This document shows, in pieces, positions 24,809 to 34,866 of a DNA stretch of 64,000 nt. Under the pieces are notes generated by a model that saw only the letters and a program-made list of their open reading frames with translations, ran no database searches and was not told where the DNA came from. The stretch's first letter is position 1; every line of letters starts with the position of its first letter. The translations under genes and the position numbers were made by a program. The stretch is from Escherichia coli (GTDB lineage: Bacteria > Pseudomonadota > Gammaproteobacteria > Enterobacterales > Enterobacteriaceae), in NCBI RefSeq assembly GCF_051903065.1, contig NZ_CP178438.1; one strand, written 5' to 3'.

Positions 24809-25097
24809 TTCCAGCAACCAATGCCACCAGGGATAAAGCCCCCGCAACATTGCGCCTCACCGGATAACGCCGGCTTGGTGTGGATACTACGTCTCAATTC
24901 ATCTTCACTTCATCCCTGAAATGTTTGCAATAAAGAGTACATTCCGGCTTTTCAACAGCTGTTGCAGTGGTTTCGTGCAGGTTGTGGTACAGGCTCGCAA
25001 TTCTGATTAACGACCTGTCCAGGTAGTATGAAGAAATACAATAAGCAGGAATTTATATTATCTCCCCCGATTTCCGTCATCGGAGGAGATATAACTG

Positions 25098-26198
25098 TCA
25101 GGCAAATATCGTCATCAAATAGGCGGCAAACAGTGCCAGATGCGCTGCGCCATTGAGCACGTTAGTACGTCCGGTGGAGAAGGAGATATGGCACAGCACT
25201 AAAGAGGCCACCATCACCACCATTTCTGGCGCACCAAGTGCAAACTGCAATTCGTTACCCGTCATAAATGCAATTAGCGTGACGACAGGTACGGTAAGCG
25301 AAATTGTTGCTAACACTGAACCAAAGAACAGATTCATCGCGCGCTGGACCTGGTTGTTCAACACTGCTTTTAATGCACCTAAACCTTCCGGCGACAGAAT
25401 CAACAGTGCCACCAGGAAGCCAGTAAAGGCGACAGGGGCATTCATGCTGTCGAGCAAAGTCTCCAGCGGGCTGGCGTTCATTTTGGTGACTGCAATAACG
25501 GCAATCAGGTGGATAATCAACCAGATAGCATGCCACAGGCTGCTATGGGCAGACGGTTTACCGTGGTGCGGGTCGTCGTCATCACTGTCATCTTCGTGCT
25601 CGTAGACAAACAAACTTTGATGCGTTTTGGTCTGGATCAGCAAAAATACGCCATACATTGCCGCAGAAATTAATGCTACCAGTAACGCCTGACCGGTTGA
25701 AAAATTCGCCGCAGGCAGAGCCATTGGAAATACCAGTACGATTATCGCCAGGGGGAACAGCGCAATTAAATACTGCTTAATACCAAACAGATTCATATAT
25801 TGGGTGGCAAACTTACGACCGCCCAACAATAATGAAAAGCCGACCAGCCCACCGGTAACAATCATAATGATCGAATAGAGCGTATCACGCATTAGCGTTG
25901 GCGCGGCGTCGCCGGTTGCCATTAAAGCTGAAATCAAACTGACTTCAAGAATAACCACTGAAAGGCTAAGAATAAGCGAACCGTAAGGTTCTCCCAGGCG
26001 ATGGGCTAATACGTCCGCATGACGGACAACACTAAAGGCGCTACTTAAAATACCAATAAGCGCAAGAAGATTGATGGCAATGACCACTGGTAGTGTCTGG
26101 CTGCTTCCCCACAGGAACAGCACTACCAGCGCCAGAACCGGGAAAATAAGCGAAGTCTCCTTGTGGCGGGTTTTTACCGCCTCTTGAGCATTTGACAT
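25098..26198 (-). CDS. chaA: Na+/K+(Ca2+):H+ antiporter ChaA
   Basis: ORF 25098..26285; trimmed to MSNAQEAVKTRHKETSLIFPVLALVVLF (366 aa). Confidence 0.93.
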   Translation of the reverse strand: MSNAQEAVKTRHKETSLIFPVLALVVLFLWGSSQTLPVVIAINLLALIGILSSAFSVVRHADVLAHRLGEPYGSLILSLSVVILEVSLISALMATGDAAPTLMRDTLYSIIMIVTGGLVGFSLLLGGRKFATQYMNLFGIKQYLIALFPLAIIVLVFPMALPAANFSTGQALLVALISAAMYGVFLLIQTKTHQSLFVYEHEDDSDDDDPHHGKPSAHSSLWHAIWLIIHLIAVIAVTKMNASPLETLLDSMNAPVAFTGFLVALLILSPEGLGALKAVLNNQVQRAMNLFFGSVLATISLTVPVVTLIAFMTGNELQFALGAPEMVVMVASLVLCHISFSTGRTNVLNGAAHLALFAAYLMTIFA

Positions 26199-26467
26199 TA
26201 TGGTTATCCCTTTGCAGATGAATTTATCGAAAATGTAAAAAATAGGTAGGAAAAATAACAGAAAGTGTCTGGATATCGGTAACATTTTACGAATTTTTAC
26301 CCCGTTGTCGATTTTTTACTCATTGGGGCATAAAAATAAGTAATACGTTTAGACAATGTTTGTTTTAGCGTTTCTTAAGAACAGTCTGACATGAAAATTC
26401 TTATGTTTTGGCAAGAGTAGATATTGTTGACCACACTTAATGTTCAACTTTGTAAAAGGAGTCAACG

Positions 26468-26698
26468 ATGCCGTATAAAACGAAAAGCGACCTGCCGGAA
26501 AGCGTAAAGCACGTTCTACCGTCTCATGCCCAGGATATCTATAAAGAAGCGTTCAACAGCGCATGGGATCAATATAAAGATAAAGAAGATCGGCGTGATG
26601 ACGCCAGTCGCGAAGAAACCGCGCATAAAGTGGCCTGGGCTGCTGTGAAGCATGAATATGCCAAAGGGGATGATGATAAATGGCATAAAAAATCGTAA
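26468..26698 (+). CDS. chaB: cation-transport regulator ChaB
   Basis: 76-aa ORF MPYKTKSDLPESVKHVLPSHAQDIYKEAF. Confidence 0.93.
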   Translation: MPYKTKSDLPESVKHVLPSHAQDIYKEAFNSAWDQYKDKEDRRDDASREETAHKVAWAAVKHEYAKGDDDKWHKKS

Positions 26699-26855
26699 AA
26701 CCGGTAGCTTAGTTAAAGCTATTCGTGCGGTGTTGCCTTGCAAGTGGTCCGTGGATTGCATATTGTCCCGTTAGTGGTTTCAAAATGAGCAGTAAAAATG
26801 TCCGGAAGACACCAAATAGTTGTCGCAGGGAAGTATGCAGTGGCGGAGGTGTAAG

Positions 26856-27551
26856 GTGATAACGCGTGATTTCTTGATGAATGCCGATTGTAAAACGGCA
26901 TTTGGTGCCATTGAAGAATCACTCTTATGGTCAGCAGAACAACGGGCGGCTTCGCTGGCGGCGACGCTGGCTTGTCGACCTGATGAGGGACCGGTGTGGA
27001 TCTTCGGTTATGGATCGTTGATGTGGAATCCGGCACTGGAGTTTACCGAGTCGTGCACCGGTACACTGGTTGGATGGCATCGTGCGTTTTGCCTGCGCCT
27101 GACCGCCGGGCGCGGGACTGCGCTCCAGCCGGGACGGATGCTTGCACTGAAAGAGGGCGGACGCACCACAGGCGTCGCCTATCGACTGCCAGAAGAGACG
27201 CTGGAGCAGGAACTAACCCTGTTGTGGAAGCGCGAGATGATTACCGGCTGTTATCTGCCAACCTGGTGTCAGCTTGATCTTGATGATGGACGCACAGTAA
27301 ACGCCATTGTGTTTATTATGGACCCGCGACATCCAGAATATGAATCTGACACTCGCGCTCAGGTCATCGCGCCGTTGATTGCGGCGGCGAGCGGTCCGCT
27401 GGGAACCAACGCACAATACCTGTTTTCACTGGAACAGGAGCTTATCAAACTGGGAATGCAGGACGATGGGCTGAATGATTTGCTGGTATCGGTAAAAAAA
27501 CTGCTGGCGGAGAATTTTCCGGATGGTGTGTTACGGCCGGGATTCGCCTGA
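26856..27551 (+). CDS. chaC: glutathione-specific gamma-glutamylcyclotransferase ChaC; GTG start
   Basis: ORF 26820..27551 opens at TTG; the recognised N-terminus (M)ITRDFLMNADCKTAFGA starts at GTG 26856 (231 aa). Confidence 0.88.
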   Translation: MITRDFLMNADCKTAFGAIEESLLWSAEQRAASLAATLACRPDEGPVWIFGYGSLMWNPALEFTESCTGTLVGWHRAFCLRLTAGRGTALQPGRMLALKEGGRTTGVAYRLPEETLEQELTLLWKREMITGCYLPTWCQLDLDDGRTVNAIVFIMDPRHPEYESDTRAQVIAPLIAAASGPLGTNAQYLFSLEQELIKLGMQDDGLNDLLVSVKKLLAENFPDGVLRPGFA

Positions 27552-27594
27552 GTAAACTTCCCTCATCGTGGGGCGTCAGACGCCCCCTTAAACA

Positions 27595-27948
27595 TTAAAA
27601 TGTGAGCACTTTATCGGCTGACAGCGTCCATTGCGCCAGTTCCACAAGAGTACCGATTTCCACCCCATCAATCAGAGGAAGTGTACTAATCCCGCGCCCG
27701 TCGGTACAGGTTTTGCACAATTTCACCGGTACATTCTGAGCGGTAAGGATCTCCAGCATTTGCTGAATGTTGTAGCCTTCCCCTGGTTTTTGCCCGCGCA
27801 ACCCGGCTGTGACCGCATCAGACATCAGGAACAGACGCAGATCCAGATTGCTCTCCTGCTCTCGTAACGCAATGGCCAGCCGCAAGCTGTTAAACAAGGA
27901 TTCGCTCCCGTAAGGTGCGCCATTGGCAACGATCACGATTTTTTGCAT
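27595..27948 (-). CDS. ychN: DsrE/DsrF-like protein YchN
   Basis: 117-aa ORF MQKIVIVANGAPYGSESLFNSLRLAIAL. Confidence 0.93.
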   Translation of the reverse strand: MQKIVIVANGAPYGSESLFNSLRLAIALREQESNLDLRLFLMSDAVTAGLRGQKPGEGYNIQQMLEILTAQNVPVKLCKTCTDGRGISTLPLIDGVEIGTLVELAQWTLSADKVLTF

Positions 27949-27965
27949 TATTTACTCCTGTATTC

Positions 27966-28069
<104 letters not shown>

Positions 28070-28070
28070 T

Positions 28071-29528
<1,458 letters not shown>

Positions 29529-30179
29529 TCAGAAAATGCGCTCCTGATGCACCCATACCGCTGCTTCCACGCGAGACTTGAGCTTCATTTTCTTCAGCAT
29601 GTGCTTGACGTGCACTTTTACTGTGCTTTCGGTGATGTCCAGGCGGCGGGCAATCATCTTGTTCGGCAAACCCTGGGCAATCAGCTTGAGAATATCGCGC
29701 TCGCGTGGGGTTAACTGGTTAACATCGCGCTCAGTCGTGGCACGGTTAGCGCGCAAGCTGGCGGCCAGAACAGGCGTTAATGCTTCGCTTAATACCATTT
29801 CGCCAGCAGCTGCCTGATGCAATGCTTTCAGCAGATCTTCCGGTTCCATATCTTTTAACAGATAGCCATCCGCGCCGCGTTTCAGTGCGGTGACCACATC
29901 TTCTTCATGGTTAGAGACGCTGAATACCACAATGCGCCCTGAGAGGGACTTTTCGCGCAGTTTATCCAGCGTTTCCAGACCGTTCATGCCGGGCATATTG
30001 AGATCTAACAGGATCAGATCGGGATCAAGAGATTCCGCCAGTTCAATACCCTGTTCGCCATTACTCGCTTCGCCAACCACGGTGATATCTGGTGCCATAC
30101 TGATAAGCTGTTTTACGCCAGTTCGCAGCATCGGGTGATCGTCAATCAGCAGGATAGTAGCCGGTTCCTGATTACTCAT
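29529..30179 (-). CDS. narL: nitrate/nitrite response regulator NarL
   Basis: ORF 29529..30293; trimmed to [24 protein letters not shown] (216 aa); receiver plus LuxR-type HTH. Confidence 0.96.
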
Positions 30180-31968
30180 GGGTATCTCCTTGGACGTCTG
30201 TGAAAGTTTTTTCGGGAATAAAGGTGACCACCACTTCGGTGCCACCTGATTCACGACGGCGGACGCGGCAATCGCCTCGTAAACTTTGCGCACGGTCGCG
30301 CATTATTATCATGCCGTAGTGATTGCTGCGGATGGCATTTTCAGGCACGCCGCAGCCGTTATCCTGGACGGTCAGTTTGACCTGATTATCGTTTTGCGCC
30401 ACCGTCACCACGACCTCACTCGCTTGCGAATGTTTGAGGGCGTTACTTAATGCCTCACGGGCAATTTGCAACAAGTGGATTGCCTGATGCGAAGGCACCA
30501 GACGAGGCGGCAATTGATAATCCAGCTTCACCGGGAAGCCAAATTTGGCGCTGTACTCTTCGCAACTCGCCTCCAGCGCCGGACGTAATCCAGGCTCGGT
30601 GAGCTGCAAGCGGAATGTGGTGAGCAATTCACGCAACTGCGCCCAGGATGCATTCAGTTCGTTACGGATCTGACTTAACAGTTCGCGGCTGCTTTCTGGC
30701 AGCGCATCGCCCTGCATCTGTAAACAACTCACCTGCATCTTCATGCAAGAGAGAGATTGGGCAATAGAATCATGCAGTTCGCGCGCAATGGTGGCACGCT
30801 CTTCCATCACGATCAACTGTTGCTGACGTTCCTGATGCCGATCCAGCGCCAGCGTGGCGGTGAGTTGTTCAACCAGGGTATCCACCAGTTGTTGTTGATC
30901 ATGGCTAAGATGACGCCCCTGCGGCAGGGTCGCCAGCAAAATACCGTACTGCGTATGAGAGTCAGCCAGCCGCCACTTCAGGGTCGTGCCGCGATCACCA
31001 ACGGGTAATACGCCGCGCGGGCAGAGCTGGCAGCCTTTATCATCACAAGTCATATCTGGCTGGCAGGTAAACTCCTGATGATTCTCTTCATCATCAGTGT
31101 CATACACCCGCAGTTCGATATCACGTAGCAGGGTTAAATTCTGTAAGCCGTTGAGTACAGGTGACAGGCGTTCACACAGCGGGGCGCGGGAATGCAAACG
31201 GCGGTTAGCCTGCCATAAAAAAGAGAGGATCTGATTTTTATGCTCCAGCCCGGCGGTTTTCTCCTGAACCCGCTGCTCAAGTACGGCATAACTTTCGGCC
31301 AGTTCTGCAGACATATTGTTCAACGCAGTTCCAAGCATCGCCATTTCGTTGCGCCCGCTGATGTTTGCGCGTTGGGTAAAATCGCGATGGCTGACGGCAC
31401 TCGCCATTGCCAGCAGTTGCCGCCACGGTTGTAGCAGTCGCGCCCGCAACCAGATAATAGTGAACACCAGTAAAAGTGCCATAAATACCGCCATTACCCG
31501 ATGGACCAGTACCACTGTCTCAATACGCATTTCCGTGGTGCGGTCAAAACCAGATACCAGCTGATCAAGCCCGGCAACAAACTGGCTGACATCCGCTGAT
31601 ACCGTTTCTCGGTTTTGCGCCCGCATCAGCGCAGGGATCAGTTCATTACGCCAGTAATCTTGTAAACCCTGTAATTGCGCCAGTTGTCCGTCTCGTTCTG
31701 CTGCTCGAGTCAACTCGGCGCTAAATGCCGTTTGTTCCATCTCTTTAATTAAGGGCTTGTCTTTCTCGCTTAATGGCACTGCTGCCAACAGACGGTAACT
31801 TTGCATGCGCAGCGATCCCGCTTTGTTGATCGCATGGGCGCTGCCCTGAACGCCTTGCACCAGCCAGCCAGAAACCGCCATCCCTGCCAGTCCAATAGCA
31901 GTAGAAAGCAACACAATAAGCGCAACCTGATTAACCAGGGTGAGCGGAGAGAGACAACGTTTAAGCAT
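30172..31968 (-). CDS. narX: nitrate/nitrite sensor histidine kinase NarX
   Basis: 598-aa ORF with two N-terminal TM segments, HAMP and HisKA_3/HATPase region; overlaps narL start by 8 nt. Confidence 0.96.
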
Positions 31969-32233
31969 GTAAACCTCTTCCTTCAGGCTTTAAATGAGCA
32001 ATAACCTTAATGAATGTGACGATACATTCTGGAATGGCAGTATTCTCGGCTATTGGCTGAAGTATACCCATACCCGGAAAGAGTTACTCCTTATTTGCCG
32101 TGTGGTTAGTCGCTTTACATCGGTAAGGGTAGGGATTCTACAGCACCGTGAAAAATCTCATAATTTTTATGAAATCACTGTACTCACTATGGGTAATGAT
32201 AAATATCAATGATAGATAAAGTTATCTTATCGT

Positions 32234-32247
32234 TTGATTTACATCAA
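32234..32247 (+). promoter_or_regulatory. FNR box TTGAT-TTAC-ATCAA in the narK promoter
   Basis: Perfect consensus half-sites read directly, about 60-70 bp upstream of the narK ATG; NarL-like heptamers (TACCCAT, TACTCCT) lie further upstream at about 32075-32095. Confidence 0.7.
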
Positions 32248-32306
32248 ATTGCCTTTAGCTACAGACACTAAGGTGGCAGACATCGAAACGAGTATCAGAG
32301 GTGTCT

Positions 32307-33698
32307 ATGAGTCACTCATCCGCCCCCGAAAGGGCTACTGGAGCTGTCATTACAGATTGGCGACCGGAAGATCCTGCGTTCTGGCAACAACGCGGTCAAC
32401 GTATTGCCAGCCGCAACCTGTGGATTTCCGTTCCCTGTCTGCTGCTGGCGTTTTGCGTATGGATGTTGTTCAGCGCTGTTGCGGTGAACTTACCGAAAGT
32501 CGGTTTTAATTTTACGACCGATCAGCTATTTATGTTGACTGCGCTGCCTTCGGTTTCTGGCGCGTTATTACGTGTTCCATACTCCTTTATGGTTCCTATC
32601 TTCGGTGGTCGTCGCTGGACGGCGTTCAGCACCGGTATTCTGATTATTCCTTGCGTCTGGCTGGGGTTTGCCGTGCAGGATACCTCCACGCCTTATAGCG
32701 TCTTCATCATCATCTCTCTGCTGTGCGGCTTTGCTGGCGCGAACTTCGCTTCCAGTATGGCAAACATCAGCTTCTTCTTTCCGAAACAGAAGCAGGGTGG
32801 CGCGCTGGGTCTGAATGGTGGTCTGGGCAACATGGGCGTCAGCGTCATGCAGTTGGTTGCTCCGCTGGTGGTATCACTGTCGATTTTCGCAGTATTTGGT
32901 AGCCAGGGCGTCAAACAGCCGGATGGGACTGAGCTGTATCTGGCGAATGCGTCCTGGATATGGGTGCCGTTCCTTGCCATCTTCACCATTGCGGCGTGGT
33001 TTGGCATGAACGATCTTGCTACCTCGAAAGCCTCCATCAAGGAGCAGTTGCCGGTACTCAAACGGGGTCATCTGTGGATTATGAGCCTGCTGTATCTGGC
33101 AACCTTCGGCTCCTTTATCGGCTTCTCCGCGGGCTTTGCGATGCTGTCAAAAACGCAGTTCCCGGATGTTCAGATTCTGCAATACGCTTTCTTCGGGCCG
33201 TTTATTGGTGCGCTGGCGCGTTCTGCAGGTGGTGCATTATCTGACCGTCTGGGCGGAACTCGTGTCACGCTGGTGAACTTTATTCTGATGGCGATTTTCA
33301 GCGGCCTGCTGTTCCTGACCTTACCGACTGACGGGCAGGGCGGAAGCTTCATGGCGTTCTTCGCGGTCTTCCTGGCGCTGTTCCTGACAGCTGGGCTGGG
33401 TAGTGGTTCCACTTTCCAGATGATTTCAGTGATCTTCCGTAAACTGACAATGGATCGCGTGAAAGCAGAAGGGGGGTCTGACGAACGTGCGATGCGTGAA
33501 GCGGCAACCGACACGGCGGCGGCGTTGGGTTTCATCTCTGCGATTGGCGCGATTGGTGGCTTCTTTATCCCGAAAGCGTTCGGTAGCTCGCTGGCATTAA
33601 CGGGTTCGCCAGTCGGCGCAATGAAAGTATTTTTGATTTTCTATATCGCCTGCGTAGTGATTACCTGGGCGGTATATGGTCGGCATTCTAAAAAATAA
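32307..33698 (+). CDS. narK: nitrate/nitrite antiporter NarK (MFS)
   Basis: ORF 32301..33698; start set to MSHSSAPERATGAVITDWRPEDPAFW (463 aa). Confidence 0.95.
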   Translation: MSHSSAPERATGAVITDWRPEDPAFWQQRGQRIASRNLWISVPCLLLAFCVWMLFSAVAVNLPKVGFNFTTDQLFMLTALPSVSGALLRVPYSFMVPIFGGRRWTAFSTGILIIPCVWLGFAVQDTSTPYSVFIIISLLCGFAGANFASSMANISFFFPKQKQGGALGLNGGLGNMGVSVMQLVAPLVVSLSIFAVFGSQGVKQPDGTELYLANASWIWVPFLAIFTIAAWFGMNDLATSKASIKEQLPVLKRGHLWIMSLLYLATFGSFIGFSAGFAMLSKTQFPDVQILQYAFFGPFIGALARSAGGALSDRLGGTRVTLVNFILMAIFSGLLFLTLPTDGQGGSFMAFFAVFLALFLTAGLGSGSTFQMISVIFRKLTMDRVKAEGGSDERAMREAATDTAAALGFISAIGAIGGFFIPKAFGSSLALTGSPVGAMKVFLIFYIACVVITWAVYGRHSKK

Positions 33699-33720
33699 AT
33701 CTTAATATTTGATTATCCTT

Positions 33721-33747
33721 TGCGCGGCATGATGTCGCGCTTTTTTT
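33721..33747 (+). terminator. narK intrinsic terminator
   Basis: Hairpin GCGCGGCATGATGTCGCGC followed by T7. Confidence 0.6.
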
Positions 33748-33858
33748 ATACGTTATTTAGTTACAACATACTAATGTTATATAGCTTATTTCGCCGGATT
33801 TCAGGTGATGCTGCCAACTTACTGATTTAGTGTATGATGGTGTTTTTGAGGTGCTCCA

Positions 33859-34134
33859 GTGGCTTCTGTTTCTATCAGCTGTCCCTCCTGTTCAGCTACT
33901 GACGGGGTGGTGCGTAACGGCAAAAGCACCGCCGGACATCAGCGCTATCTCTGCTCTCACTGCCGTAAAACATGGCAACTGCAGTTCACTTACACCGCTT
34001 CTCAACCCGGTACGCACCAGAAAATCATTGATATGGCCATGAATGGCGTTGGATGCCGGGCAACAGCCCGCATTATGGGCGTTGGCCTCAACACGATTTT
34101 ACGTCACTTAAAAAACTCAGGCCGCAGTCGGTAA
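33859..34134 (+). CDS. insA: IS1 InsA (DNA-binding regulator/transposase N-terminal part)
   Basis: 91-aa [43 protein letters not shown] (zinc-finger-like). Confidence 0.95.
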
Positions 34135-34556
34135 CCTCGCGCATACAGCCGGGCAGTGACGTCATCGTCTGCGCGGAAATGGACGAACAGTGGGGCTATG
34201 TCGGGGCTAAATCGCGCCAGCGCTGGCTGTTTTACGCGTATGACAGGCTCCGGAAGACGGTTGTTGCGCACGTATTCGGTGAACGCACTATGGCGACGCT
34301 GGGGCGTCTTATGAGCCTGCTGTCACCCTTTGACGTGGTGATATGGATGACGGATGGCTGGCCGCTGTATGAATCCCGCCTGAAGGGAAAGCTGCACGTA
34401 ATCAGCAAGCGATATACGCAGCGAATTGAGCGGCATAACCTGAATCTGAGGCAGCACCTGGCACGGCTGGGACGGAAGTCGCTGTCGTTCTCAAAATCGG
34501 TGGAGCTGCATGACAAAGTCATCGGGCATTATCTGAACATAAAACACTATCAATAA
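34053..34556 (+). CDS. insB: IS1 InsB frame (expressed as an InsAB' fusion by -1 frameshift)
   Basis: 167-aa ORF in the -1 frame overlapping the insA 3' end; ..[22 protein letters not shown].. Confidence 0.9.
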
Positions 34557-34598
34557 GTTGGAGTCATTACCGGATTTCATTAAGAGCCATTAATATGT

Positions 34599-34628
34599 TA
34601 CCCATGGGGAATACTCCTTAATACCCAT
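34599..34628 (+). promoter_or_regulatory. NarL heptamer cluster of the narG upstream activating region
   Basis: TACCCAT (34599-34605), TACTCCT (34612-34618), TACCCAT (34622-34628) fit the TACYYMT consensus; roughly 180-210 bp upstream of the inferred narG transcription start. Confidence 0.6.
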
Positions 34629-34761
34629 TTGCATAAAAATCTTAATAGTTTAAATAGCTACAGGTATAAAACGTCTTAATTTACAGCATGTTATGCTGTA
34701 ACTGTTAATTATCCTAAAGGGGTATCTTAGGAATTTACTTTATTTTTCATCCCCATCACTC

Positions 34762-34775
34762 TTGATCGTTATCAA
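34762..34775 (+). promoter_or_regulatory. FNR box TTGAT-CGTT-ATCAA of the narG promoter
   Basis: Perfect FNR consensus about 90 bp upstream of the narG ATG. Confidence 0.75.
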
Positions 34776-34866
34776 TTCCCACGCTGTTTCAGAGCGTTAC
34801 CTTGCCCTTAAACATTAGCAATGTCGATTTATCAGAGGGCCGACAGGCTCCCACAGGAGAAAACCG

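Larger units (their letters stand above)
23436..24978. repeat. long direct repeat (LDR) array: three tandem ~536-bp units, the third truncated/divergent at its 3' end
   Basis: Period measured directly: GGCCGCAGGCTG at 23439, 23975 and 24511; identical 35-codon ORFs at 23514, 24050 and 24586; unit 3 diverges from unit 2 after about 24978. Confidence 0.9.
33804..34571 (+). mobile_element. IS1 insertion sequence (768 bp), apparently intact
   Basis: Termini GGTGATGCTGCCAACTTACTGAT (33804-) and ..ATCAATAAGTTGGAGTCATTACC (-34571) match the IS1 inverted repeats; contains insA and insB; flanked by direct repeat GGATTTCA (33796-33803 and 34572-34579). Confidence 0.95.

Noticed and set aside
23436-24978. 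Possible CRISPR array suggested by the tandem repeats
   Set aside because: The period is about 536 bp with gene-containing units and no short repeat-spacer structure or adjacent cas genes; it is an LDR toxin-antitoxin array.
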